The translations under genes were made by a program, and so were the position numbers. Below are positions 12,531 through 25,300 of a stretch of DNA of 64,000 nt, piece by piece. The notes beneath the pieces were generated by a model, which was given only the letters and a program-made list of their open reading frames with translations, ran no database searches and was not told the DNA's origin. Position 1 is the stretch's first letter. Each line of letters starts with the position of its first letter. The stretch is from Mytilus trossulus (Eukaryota). Location of the stretch: NCBI RefSeq assembly GCF_036588685.1, contig NC_086382.1, positions 44,601,552-44,665,551 of the forward strand, read 5' to 3'.

Positions 12531-13651
12531 TTTTGTAGTTTTTGTCAATGTGACTACTTTACTTTTCGCCTTTACTAATCTTAGTGTCGTATGACTTGGT
12601 CTTTGATCATCATGACAATATTCATTATATCTTCGTCAAAATTATTGAAAACAAGAATGTGTCTTTAGTACATGGATGCCCAAATTGCAAGACTAACAAT
12701 GGCCAGGAAATCCTAGGTTAGGACAGGCCCAAAAAATCGGCAGATTTAAACATGTTATTTTTGCTATCTCAAACCCCCTCTCCCTTTACTTCTAGGCAAA
12801 GTAGAAAAAAATCAAACACACAATACACACAGTAAAATTTACTTAAAAAAAAGTCTGAGTCTGATGTCAGATTCAACTACCTTGACCAAACACTTAAACC
12901 TGAAGCGAGACACAAGGACAATCGGATGAACAGACTGACATACGCACGGACGAACAGACTGACATACGCATGGACAAACAGACGCATAGACCAGAAAACA
13001 TAATGCCCACAAATGGGGCTTAACAACAAAGCCGGGTCACATTTTAAAATGTACACTTCATTTTTACGCATGATTATAAAACTATTCAAAACATAACCTT
13101 TAAAAAGGCAACAGACATGTAGTATGCTTACAGACTTCAGGCTCTTGTTTCTATGCATGGAAAGGTCAATTATCCATATATATAATCCCCAAGGGTGACT
13201 GGGGTATAGAAATATGGTCACTTGGTCTTCTCCCGACCGGCAGTAACACACTTGCCGAAGTGGGGCGTCCGTTTGGCTGTGCGGGATGTAACAAGTTCAC
13301 AGTCACGTCCGGTCAGAACTTGAGAAGGGGGACGTTAAATCCGATACCTCGTGTAAAGAGAGGGCCACGCTCTTTGTGCGTTTAGAACCTTTGCAACAAC
13401 TCTCTGAGGGGTCCGTAGGTGGTCTGTTGCAAGGCAAAATTTCTGTCCCTATCCAATATGCCCTCTTTTTCCGGTGGCAGTCCAAATTTCTCTGACCTTC
13501 ATCCCAGATGACCTCTATTGTATCAACCTACCTATTGTATTTATTGTGAACTTGTTCTCGTACTGAATATGCATGAAATATTTGCCACTGGACGTTAAGC
13601 AACCAACAATCAATCAATCAATCCATATATATATATATATATATATATATA

Positions 13652-13720
13652 CATTTGCAAATTTACAGATCTTACATTGTTGGGTTGATGTTTAGACGAG
13701 TTGTATATACATAATGTACA
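13652..13720 (+). mobile_element. body-only fragment of the tRNA-derived SINE, preceded by an (AT)13 microsatellite (13626-13651)
   Basis: atttgcaaatttacagatcttacattgttgggttgatgtttagacgagttgtatata matches the 12.43-12.49 kb body. Confidence 0.5.
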
Positions 13721-14587
13721 TAGCCATGTATCACCATCACTGCTGGTGATACAATGGATAAATCTGTTGTAGAGTTGTCACAGGCTCAGGCGTACTTATA
13801 TAATTATATATTTCTACGTTTATACGGATATATGGATAGTCTACCTTATGCTGTTTCCATTTTTTACCATCAAATTTTTAAGAACTTGTTCTCTATGCAC
13901 ATTCCCCACAAAAACACATCCAATTGGAATATAGGTAGGATCATTTTCGAAATAAATCTCGTGTTTCTCGTCAATTATGGAAATTTAAGTAAAATACACC
14001 ACCCCCCCTTTTTTTCGTTACATAAATCATGGATCTGACCCTAATACCAGAGAGAGAAGATTGCCCCATTCAAACAACAAATTTTGAATTTATAATTAGC
14101 AAAAACATCAGAAATGTACAGATTTTGTTATATTGAAGGTCTATCTAAAATTTCATAATAAAAAAAAATGTCCTCAAAGTTGTTATTGACTGCCTTACAC
14201 ATGAAGGTCATTGCTGTCGGATTTTTTTAAAGAACCTTAACTAGATATACTTAAGAAAATATATAATTAGGAATACACTTAACATTCATAAACAAAAAGA
14301 ATAAGTTTCTATAGGCATAAGAATGTACAAATGTATAAACTAAACTTTGTCAGATGAAAAGGTCCAATTTGGACTGCAAATTTCAGCTTTTTATTGCTCC
14401 GCTTGGCTATAAAAAATATAAAATAAACTATCGCACCAACCTTGCACCAAAAAGATTTTTTATCCGAAGTTTGATATGTATGAACCTGTCAAAATGTTAA
14501 AATTTCTAATTGGTGCAAGCATGGTGTGGTGGTCAAAATTTAGAAAAAACATCAAATTTTTGGTATTTTTGCTTATTTTCCCAATAA

Positions 14588-14632
14588 TGACGTCATTTAC
14601 ACCTACCATTGTGACGTCATTGAACCTTTTTT
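14588..14632. promoter_or_regulatory. two full palindromic ATGACGTCAT (CRE-like) sites 22 bp apart
   Basis: aataATGACGTCATttacacctaccattgTGACGTCATtgaacc is seen directly. The pair lies about 150 bp from the 22-bp satellite array. Confidence 0.3.
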
Positions 14633-14774
14633 AGTTAAGTAAAAACATTTTTTTTAAATAATTTACTCATATTCTAATAATTTATGGAGAAAAATCTGCT
14701 CTGTTAGAATTTTTATTATCTTGTAAATCTGGGGCCATTTTAGGCCATTAAAGCCCATACTAAATGACCACATT

Positions 14775-15165
14775 ATGATCGATGTTTTGACATAATGTAA
14801 TAGGCATTTGTACATAATGTATATAGGTGTTTGAACATAATGAAATAGGTATTTGCACATAATGTAATCGGTGATTGAATCTACTGAATTGGGTGTTATG
14901 CATAACGTAATAGGTGTTTGCACATACTGAATTGATGTTTGGACAGAATGTAATAGGCATTTGCACATACTGGCATAGGTGTAATAGGTATTTGCACAAA
15001 ACGTAATAAGTGTTTGCCCCCAACGTAAACGATGTTTGCACAAAACGTATAAGTTGTTTGCACATAATGTTATAAGAGCTTGCAAATAATGTATTAGCTG
15101 TTTTAACATATGGTAAAATGCATTTGTACGTGACGTAATGAATGCTAACAGAGTGTAACAATTGT
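14775..15165. repeat. about 22-bp satellite (cataatgtaataggtgtttgca consensus), about 18 tandem units
   Basis: The periodicity is seen directly. A 3-unit cluster of the same motif is at 11560-11625. The ORF-track ORFs 14663..15172 and 14760..15221 are artefacts of it. Confidence 0.85.
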
Positions 15166-18100
15166 TCAGCAAAACGCATATGAACTATACGATGATGTTT
15201 TTTATGTTTTTCACTGGACATTTAAAGTATAAATACAGCATAGACCCGTTAGACTATGATATCATGAGGTTTTCATATAAGAAAGATATATCAAAACATA
15301 ACGCTTAGAATATTCAGAATAGCAATCACATTTGAGACAGGACGCAACTATTTACTGACTTACGTAGAGGAAGAATAGACACAACATAGAGAAAATGTGA
15401 AAGAATAAAGTTTAGGGATATTGACAGAATCTGTAGTATTTACAACATAGTTTAATACCCATTGCGCACAACAAAGTGTAGGCATAGTCCCTTGATTTAA
15501 AATAGTAAACATGTCCATTAAATCCTTTCGGACTTGAAGAAAATATTCTTTGTTTAATATGTTGTTTTTTCTCTCTTTCATTGCTGATTCCGATGGCTTG
15601 TAACCACTTTTTTTTTAGCGCTAATACAATTGGCCCATAATACTGTAGAAACATGGGTTTCTTACATCTACATCTACATCTACATGGGTAATCCGTAAAG
15701 AGTCGATTGACTCATCACACGAATGTATCAAAATTAAAGTTGTGTCATCCAAACTGTGCTCTTTTAAAATCATATGTACAGCTGCCAGTGCAGAACGAGT
15801 TTAGAAATTCCAATATTATTCAGACATTCATATTGTTCAAATTGGAAGACTTCATGCTGATATCTTTATGCAATTTGGTTATTTGAATAGTTCAATTACC
15901 TCATTGTTGGTGAATTATACAAATATTTGTTTGATGTTGTTTTTTTGTACAGTTGTTTGTCTTTTTGTCCTATTTCTTTTTATCCATGGCGTTGTTTTTT
16001 TTACTAATGAGTTTAACTATGCCATACTTAGTTATTACAATAACCAAATGACCCTTTCATGAAATCCAGAGATATGAGTTGAAAATATAGAGAAATATGA
16101 TTGCTTGTTGAAAGAAGTCAATTTACAGGGCTGCAAAACAGATATTATAAAGTACAAAATAGTTTGTATCAAATCTGAACTTTTTTGTTCCCATGGTAAC
16201 CAAAAGCAGATCAATTGTAAATTAACTATTTAACTGTTGAGTATAAAATTCAAACTCCATTATTTATATGTATCTAATACCTAGAAAACCATGTATTTGA
16301 TGCTGATTCTGAATTAATTCAGCAATTTCAGACCGGTTGCTAGGGCTTTTTTTGGTTGCTATTGTCTTTCAGTCACTTAAATTAAAGCTTATATAATTTT
16401 TTATCATTTTCAAACAAATCATAAATTTTATTGTCTGTTAAATTACATTAATATAAAAAAAATAGCAAACATTTTGATAATGAACCAGTATTGTGTTTTG
16501 TCATTTATATGAATTTTACCAATTTTTGTTGCCATGGTAACAAAAAATTTCAAAAACCCAGATATTTTTTTCCTGTTTTTTATTATTCAATGTATCAACT
16601 TTAAGATGCAATCTTAGTTTATAATGAACTTGTCTGCTCAATGTCAATTTTTCTTGATTTAATAAATAATATTTAAGCTATTTTCACAAAATGTCAAAAT
16701 ACAGATTTTTGCACCTTTTTAAATACCATTTTAGCCCGATATCAAAAAAATATTTCACAACCTCAACATCAAAATATAAACTTCCAATAATGCCTAATAA
16801 TATGTTGAAAATTTTTTTCTTCTTGAAATTGTCGTTATCATAAAATTGCTGCAACCAAAAAGTAGACATTTTCCAATTTTCATGTCTGATTTCATCAGAA
16901 ATTCCTCAAAAAAATGGCTGCATGTTTCCATAGCAACCGTTCAACAATATTTAAAAAAAAAGCTGGAAAACTTTATTTCAATCTTAGCTGCCTATTATAT
17001 AAAAGAATAAAGCAGTTCTGAGACATGACATGAATCACCCCCTGCCTGGATCTTACAAATAGCTGTACTTAAGTGTTTCTTTTTGGTATCTTTCGCTTCT
17101 CTTTAATTAACAATTGTATGCTGGAGTAAAGAAACCGGGTTATTCACCAGATCTTTTCAATTTTATTTCGTAGAAAAGTGAATAACATTATGCATAAGTT
17201 AAAGAGACAATTGTAAACATTTTATGGCAGTTATACATATTTATCTCACCTCCTATACATTTCTAGGAATATGATTGGTTAAAAGCGTCCACGTTGAGAC
17301 CGTGTATATTCCATAATAGGTTGATAGGGAGGGGGCTTATTTCAATACACGGTTTGTACTGGAGTTACGACTTTGGCACTATGTGATTATTCAAATGTGT
17401 TGAATTTTCTGTTTAATGACTTTAATATTGTCCTATCAAGGTTGTTGATATTAAATTGTTATTGTTGACATTAGGTTTTTGTGCAGACCAATGGAAGTAG
17501 GTTCTTAAAATTAAACACTTGAACTCCTTAATAGAAAAATAAAAAGATGTGGGATGATTGCAAATGGGACAACTCTGGTCTAATTTCCACACATAAAGAT
17601 AGTCGGAAAGATAAACTCGTTACAAAGTGTGCTAGTGACCTCATACGATATATACGGATCAGAAAATTCCATATAGTGTTCCAGCTTCACTAACACCCAA
17701 TATGGAATTTACTGACCCCATATATATCGTATAAGTTCACTAACACACTATGTAACTAATAATATCAGTTTATAAACCAAAAAAAATTAATAGAAATTAA
17801 TATATTATCTAATATTCGTTTAAGTGTTTATTATTTCAGTCCTTTGTGACTATCAAACTACTTTCAGCACCTTTCAGATACAGGATAGATCCACCTTCCT
17901 TGTATTGTTTCCTGTAATGAAATTCGTGCATGATTGTTTATTAATATACAAATAAAAAGTAATCAAAGGTACCAGGATTATAAAATGCGTTATGTTTAAA
18001 TAGAAACTACAACAGAACTGATTCGCCAATATCCTATGACTGTTGTCAAATTTTGATTTTCTACTCACAAATAGTATAATTGAAATTTCCTTAAGTAAAT

Positions 18101-18439
18101 GGAACTAAAAAAGGTATATCGAACTCCGAGGTAAATAAAAAAAATAAAAAAATGTGCAGTCTTTAAAAACTGACAAAACTGTGAAGATTCTTTGCTATAG
18201 CATTATTTGATACTGTTTAACATTGATTTTACGTTTTTTTTTCTTTTTCTATACTACCAATAATATAAGGTTAAATGTTGAAAATACTTTTTAATTAAAA
18301 AACACTGTTGTTGCCACTGAAACCTATATTTTTTCTGTTTAAATAAGTCCAGCGTGTGTTTCGTATCTTAAGAACATTGAAAAATAATATGTCGATGAAT
18401 GACTTCAAGTCTCATAGTTTTCTCGTTTTAATTGTTTAT

Positions 18440-18605
18440 ATCAGTGATTTCGGGGTCTTTCATAGCTGACTATGTTGTATGGGCTTTGCTCATTGTTGAA
18501 GACCATAAGATGACTTATAATTTATAATTTCTGTGTCATTTTTGGTCTTTTGAAAGAGCTGTGATATTGGCAATCATACCACATCAACTTCTTTATATAT
18601 ATTTT
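18440..18605 (-). mobile_element. SINE/MITE family 3 copy
   Basis: The family motifs are present (ttcatagctgactatg..gctcattgttgaag..ggcaatcataccacatc). Confidence 0.5.
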
Positions 18606-19063
18606 TCCACCTGATATAATCAACTATTTATACTCGTACTCCGTTCTTTTACACATTTCCCCATTAATAAAACAAAGATTTCGGTGGTTATTATTACAAT
18701 TTTTTATGAATTTGATTTGATGTTAAGTGATTTTCTCAGCTCTTTACAATTATGATAATGACAAATAGAAATGTGTTTCTTTGACAGAATGATAAACTGT
18801 TAAAATAGAGCCGTCGCTTAGTCACCAATGTAAGTAGTGTAAAGTAAGAAAGAAAAAAGTAATTACAATACTCTGTATCATGTTTACATTTCTAGTGCTA
18901 CTTATAATTTTGTATGTGTTTACTGTTAAGTCCTTTTGATAGGTTGAAAACTAAGATAAAAAAGTATAATTTAATGAAATCCATTGAGAAATTGCCCATT
19001 TGTTACCTATGTTTTATCTGAAACAAAAAATTTCTTTTTTAAATGTATCTTATGAACGACATT

Positions 19064-19069
19064 TTTATT
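19064..19069 (-). promoter_or_regulatory. AATAAA polyadenylation signal about 11 nt downstream of the gene B stop codon
   Basis: The minus strand reads TAAaccatttgctAATAAAaatgtcg. The site is seen directly, but its use is an inference. Confidence 0.35.
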
Positions 19070-19079
19070 AGCAAATGGT

Positions 19080-19304
19080 TTAAGGTTTAAAATCATTTGA
19101 GAAATCCATTCCTTTAATTTTAGGTTTTTGTTGATTAGACATAAAAACAGACCTTGATATATTTTCAGCTTCTTGTACACTTTGAGGCAATGGCATATTT
19201 TTAGTTTCTGGAAGGGCAAATGATAGTAAACCAGCACAAATACCAAATGCACCAAATATTACCAGCGGTAAGGCAACACCAAACTTTGTATCAACCAATA
19301 CACC
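19080..19304 (-). CDS. gene B exon 9 (TM12 plus C-terminus, stop TAA): GVLVDTKFGVALPLVIFGAFGICAGLLSFALPETKNMPLPQSVQEAENISRSVFMSNQQKPKIKGMDFSNDFKP
   Basis: The acceptor is tttgtag|GGT. LPETK is the conserved SLC22 C-terminal motif. The stop codon is at 19080-19082. Confidence 0.75.
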   Translation of the reverse strand, partial: GVLVDTKFGVALPLVIFGAFGICAGLLSFALPETKNMPLPQSVQEAENISRSVFMSNQQKPKIKGMDFSNDFKP

Positions 19305-22300
19305 CTACAAATATATAAAATGAATTTACCGGAAATTAACTAATCATAATTGATAATTGAAGAACCTGGGAAATGTCACTTAAAAGTATCATTATTTTTT
19401 TTTATTTTAGGGTTATTCGTTTTCCTTTTATGCTTCTGACTGTTAAATCTTACTTTCATTAAAGCATGCTTCTCATGATTATTGATTTTTCATATTTCAT
19501 AAAAGCAAGAAATTAAATGATTTTTGAAATCCTAATTTGTTTTGATTTGGTAAAAGTAAAATATATATGTAAACATCTTGTCAAAATTTCTTTCCTCGTT
19601 TCGAAAAATGGTCACCATAAAAAAAATGAAATATTCAAAAACACATATTTACCAAATCACCAACATATGCAGACACCATTGATCCAGCATACCCAGATGA
19701 GCTGCAAATTCCAATCGCAAATGATCTGAGGTTAGTTGGGAAATTTTCCGCTACCATAAGATAAATATTAAAGTATGCCACCGTTATTGTGAGCTTTCCT
19801 ATCATAGCTAAGGTTATCGTCAACCAGTGAAGGGCTGTAGTAGACAAATGAAAATACTATAAAAAACATGTTATTATACTTGCATACAAAGTTTTTGTCC
19901 GACGTGGTTTAAATGCATTTAAATATAACATAGATGCAGAGAAAGAAGTCAATATAAGTGGGAAGGACTTTTAAGTGCATTTAGGTATTACTAGCTATGC
20001 TCATTTTAACTAAGAAATGTTGATTAAACAAACCTTGTCATTGTTATTCCTTCTACATGTCGTATCTACATGAAACTACATTACTATATGCTAATGCATT
20101 CGTGGATTAACATTTGAGTTCCATGATGAATGGATATAAGTCATATTTTACAAAGCCGAATTGTATAAATTGACTTTGTAAAATTCAGTTTAAAAATTAT
20201 CAGTCTGAATAGTTGTGTATTTTTCATAGTTTATGAAATTGATTTGGATCAATGCTAAACAAGGTATTAATTCCAATGGAACGATAGCAAAGAAATTGCA
20301 TATATATCTATGATCATATCACCTGATATCATTGATAACTAACAGAGAAATATATGATGCATTTCAAGAGCTAATGATGGGAATGGAAAACGACAAAAAA
20401 GTATGTTATCTTAGTGTAACAAGCAATTTCAAGTCTCTTACAATTGATGATATTAGTGCGACCCAACCTAAATTTTCTACATATTCATCTGCTATTGTTC
20501 AATCTATTTTAACTTTTTTTCAGTTCTATTGTTTTATTGAGTGAACACAATAGCTATTGTTCTGTGTGTAGTCTATTCACCGGTACCTTTAGATTTATTC
20601 GCAAATAAAAGTTTAAATAGATTGAAACTGTGTAAATGTTTCATTTGTTTCGCCATATTTTTTTCATGCAGTTTGTGCATTTTAAACCGTTCGCTAAAAT
20701 AAGATAGAAAGCAAATATGAAAAAAAGTCATTGACTCAAAAAAAAAAACCACCAACGAATTATGTTATGATACAGAGTCTGGAAGCAAGTATATGTTGGG
20801 TCGCTATGAACTGTACCTGATTATAGAAAAAATAATCGTTTGCGTATAGAAAGTTCCAAAAAGTTCCCCTCCAATTATTGACAGTGAAAACTATACTATT
20901 TGTTTCACATCTATTAGCAAATGGAAATGCGAGATGAATTGTACATAATATAATGCATTTGCAATCATCGATGGAAATGTTCACATTGGTTGAACTCCTT
21001 TACAAATACGTACGTTATTCGGCATGTTAAGAAAGCTCATATATACTAAAGTTATGTACTTAAGGGGCTTTTTCAAAAGTCTTTATTACACTTTGATTGT
21101 AACGAAAGCATTTAAAAGTGTTCATAATTCTACTTACATGGACCACCGTACAAAGATGAAAATATTGTACACAGACAACCGATGCCACAAATTAACATTG
21201 AAGAACTAAATATTTTTTTTCTTCCAAGTCTTTCCACCACATAAAGACATATGAATAAGGCAATTACTTCAGCTGACGTGGATATTAAATAATTCACATA
21301 GACATCTCCACCTAAGTTACCAACTTTCATTGTGATCCCAAAATAAGTCATACTTATCGAAAACCTGTAAAACATATTACAATATTATTTAATAGCTCTT
21401 TTTTTACCATTACACCATAAAGTGTAGAAATATCACGCAAACGTTTGATAAAAGTAAAAGAAAATAACAAAACGAAAAGTTTTAAAAACAAAACATGCAT
21501 TGTTAAATTCTATTGAATTGTCAGTTTTCAGTGTTGACTTGATAATGCATTGGCTATTCCTTAGATTTTCGTTTATTTCATAACTTATTGATGGTGATTT
21601 TTAAAGACCTTGACTTGCTTTACAGCCCTTGCACGGTCGGTTTAATGTTTTCGTGGTTAACAGTAAATATACATGTAATATAGTTATCCAATAAATGTAA
21701 TTGATGGGAAAAGAAATGCTTACTCCGTTAATTATAAAAGTGAAACTGCTGCGTCCACAATGTGCCTTCTGTCTAAACAGAAAACTAGAAACGGTTAGAA
21801 ATTGGTATGCAAATACCGTTGTTCAATCAGTCCATATTTTCTGGCTTTTTATACAAAAATAAGATATGGTATGATTGCAAATAACTATTCAACAATCGTA
21901 ATACTTTCAAATATGATTTATATCAATATTGAGAGAAATTGGTTTTTTTTTATTGCAATTCAATGGTAAATTGCTTTGCTTGGGCATGCTATGAAATGAA
22001 TATACCGATTAGTATCATGGTCTCATGATTGCCTAGAGTGCATGATATCGTGTGCTCGATTTCATGTTGTTTCAAATAATATCCTTGACCTTTTAGCTAC
22101 ATCTCCGCTAAATATGCGTCCTTAAGTAGTAAGAAGAGACTGATCAGTTCAAAGTCATAAGTAAGTGTCTGGGTATGGTAACATGTCCTGCTGCTATATT
22201 TTAGCTTGTGACGTTGCATATACGGCTTAGCATGTCGGTCAAATATAGAACTGCGTTCAAAGTCATATCACATTAAGACGCTCTTGTCCTTATATGCACA

Positions 22301-25300
22301 CACTATTTGTCATCGGACGTTACACAACAATTCTGTCTTCCATGCTGCTATATCATGACATTTAACAGCTAATACATTGATTGATGTACATGCTGATATG
22401 CAAACGTGTTTATGTTATTGTTTCAAAGTACTCACCAATTAAACATAAATATAGCCAATCGAATCGTTAGAACTTTTGACTTGAAAAGCTCTCTGACTGC
22501 TTTACAAAATGCAACCTTTTCATGTTTTTCATCAACCTTAATTTTCTGAATGTCAACGTCAAAACTAGCATTATTTTCTTTTGCTATATCCTTCAGAATC
22601 ATTTCAGCTCTCGATAATTTCCCCTTCGCTATCAGCCATCGTGCCGACTCTTTCTGGAATCTGAAATAAAGTATTTCTAAGTATAATGATTTGCATTTCT
22701 AAGAGAAAATAGTGTGAGGGTCTAAAAATAACGTGCGCTGTTCATTGGTATTTTGTCTGGTTTCTTTACGATATTGTTTGTTAAAACTTTTTCTCGAGTT
22801 AAGATAGATCTATATTGTGAATTCTACCTTCATTTAATCAAATTTAATTAAAACACAAATAAATGCTTTATTTAATTTGACAGAAAGAACAAACGAAAAA
22901 AAAATATAGTACTATTCCTTGAATCTTTGTGTTTCCATGGACGAGTAGTGATTTTGTTTCTTGAAATGTTTTGCCATATCCCTTCTTTTCCATAAACTGT
23001 CCAAAGTATTTTTTATTATTCTATTGGATTTAAAATAAACTATTTAGTTGCTATGATTATACTTGATATATATCTACATACAGTAATGAGGTGAGAAATA
23101 TCCCAACAACTATTGATGTTGACCAGCCCAGAATACGCCAATCCCTGATAAAGTAGGCAAAAATTACCAGCACGTATTCTCCAATGCAGAAGGAGAAATA
23201 ATAGGCAAAGTTTGCGAAAACTCTTTTAGAGGGATCCACCAATTCAGTAGCTAGAACGAAAAATATCTCAACATGTGTTTATATGCACACACCTAATTAT
23301 ATCTTAACTATTGTGAACTCATAAATCGTTCTTTTTAAAAAATGGATTAAATGGGAAAAACAAAAGCTCAAACACTTACATCCATCTATTATTAAAGCAT
23401 ATGAAATCTTACGCATAGAATAAGAATAAGATTATTCATTGAATCCAATTAAAGGGCATATACATCTATATACATACAAATAAGGTAAACAAATTACCAG
23501 CAGTACTTATGGTTACTATTATTTAATAATGAACGTTATGTTGAATTATTGTAAATGACAATCGCAAATTTTGATTTTTGCTAACTCTGACAGCAATGCG
23601 TTATAAAAAATAAAATTAGTGTTTTTTTGTTATTTGATTTCTTATTTTATTAGTCGTCAAATTTGTTGTCATGGTTTTGTTAGATTAACATTTAGACATA
23701 CCACCCCTCCCCCAATCACATATACAAACAGCGATATATAATGTCAGCATCATACCTAGAATATAACCTGACTGATACACGAGCATGCTGAAATAACCGT
23801 TCGCAAATATTAGGAAACTAACAAGTGGAAGAGACGAAACAAAAGACCGTATCAAATTTGGTAACATCATTCCTATAAGCGCAGTTGTCAATACGGGTCG
23901 TCTCCCTAATCTGAATTAGAAAAAAAATATGATTCTGTGTGAATTGGTTACCAAGTTGGTTCTTCTAGAAACATATTAACTATCACAATAAAAATCAACA
24001 ATGTAATTGTGTCTTTAAAAGTTGTTTTTATTGGTAAACATATTGATTTTGATATCAGTAAATTAAAACCAAATAAAAAAGTATGGTTGTTCGGTGTGAG
24101 CCAAGGCTCCGTGTTGAAGGCCGTACATTGACCTATAATGGTTTACTTTTTTAGATTGTTATTTGGATGGAGAGTTGTCTCATTGTCACTCACACCACAT
24201 CTTCTTATATCTATTATATACATATGAATATTCCCGATACCTGTAATTTGGCATTGTACAAGGTCATTTGTCTCGAACTGCTAATGACGTCTTTGCACTA
24301 AATTCGTTGGATGTTGGATGTGTACTGTTTGATGTTTTAGTCTTAGATACAAAATGTTTTATTATGTATTATATGCTTTCAGTGACTGAGAGTATTCTTG
24401 GTCTAGTAAGGGGGACTGTTGTATTGGAAATCAAACGGATTACATCTTCTCATTTATGATGAGTTTTAATTTCAAGGGCGCATCGACCTGTGACGTCAAG
24501 TCCCCAGATTTTCAACTAAATTTCACGATTTTGAATATGACACTCTTGTGATTACATCTACATTTTACAAGTCGAACTTTATAACTATATTCTCATGTGC
24601 GCGGCTGATGAAGAAAAATGAGGCTTGTCATCAGATAGCCCTACGACGCATGTAACTATAAGTGCTAACCTTCATAATATTTGCAGCGCTTAAGTTCAGA
24701 AGTTTTTATGTTGTTAATGATTTGATTATTGTTAAAAAGACCTTTGATTTCTTTTTGTCTGTGTTTTCTATTGTTGCCATGTATTTTGTTTTTCTTTACA
24801 ATTTTTGTGTACTCTATACGACTGCAGATCACGTTTGTGGATACGTACGTGTCAGAAACCATTCCATATGTGAAGGCACCACAAAATATTCCAATATAAT
24901 GACAAAGCATCGTGTGACTTCTTACAAATTTGTTGTCGCATACCATATCAAACTGAAAAATGGTAATGCCTGAATAATTTTTAATGCAAGGACTAACTGT
25001 AACTAACAATTTGAATGTAAAATACTAATGTACAAAAAATGTGTTTGTGTTGTGAACATACTGCTTGGTTTACAATCTTTAGGTTATTGTTTTCATTGAC
25101 TGTATTTTTAACGTATATATTTGTTTGCTATTCGGCATGTTACGTTTAAACCCACTTCTTTTTTGTGCACCAGTCCTAACTCAGGAGCATCTTTCACTGA
25201 TTGACGTTGGTGTGGTTAATATATAAGTGTTTTTGTTTCAAGTTTTTTTTATAAAGACCAGACAGTTGTTTTGAATTGCTTACCACCAGTCAGATTGGGG

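Noticed and set aside
14663-15221. Overlapping ORFs of 153-169 aa (14663..15172 and 14760..15221, minus strand)
   Set aside because: They are periodic translations of the 22-bp satellite array. The repeated peptides (..HYVQTPI..) reflect the repeat unit, not a protein.
24662-24973. Plus-strand ORF 24662..24973 (103 aa)
   Set aside because: It lies antisense to gene B exon 3 and its flanking intron. The sense-strand reading has the conserved SLC22 DMVCD motif and proper splice sites, while the plus frame has no homology.
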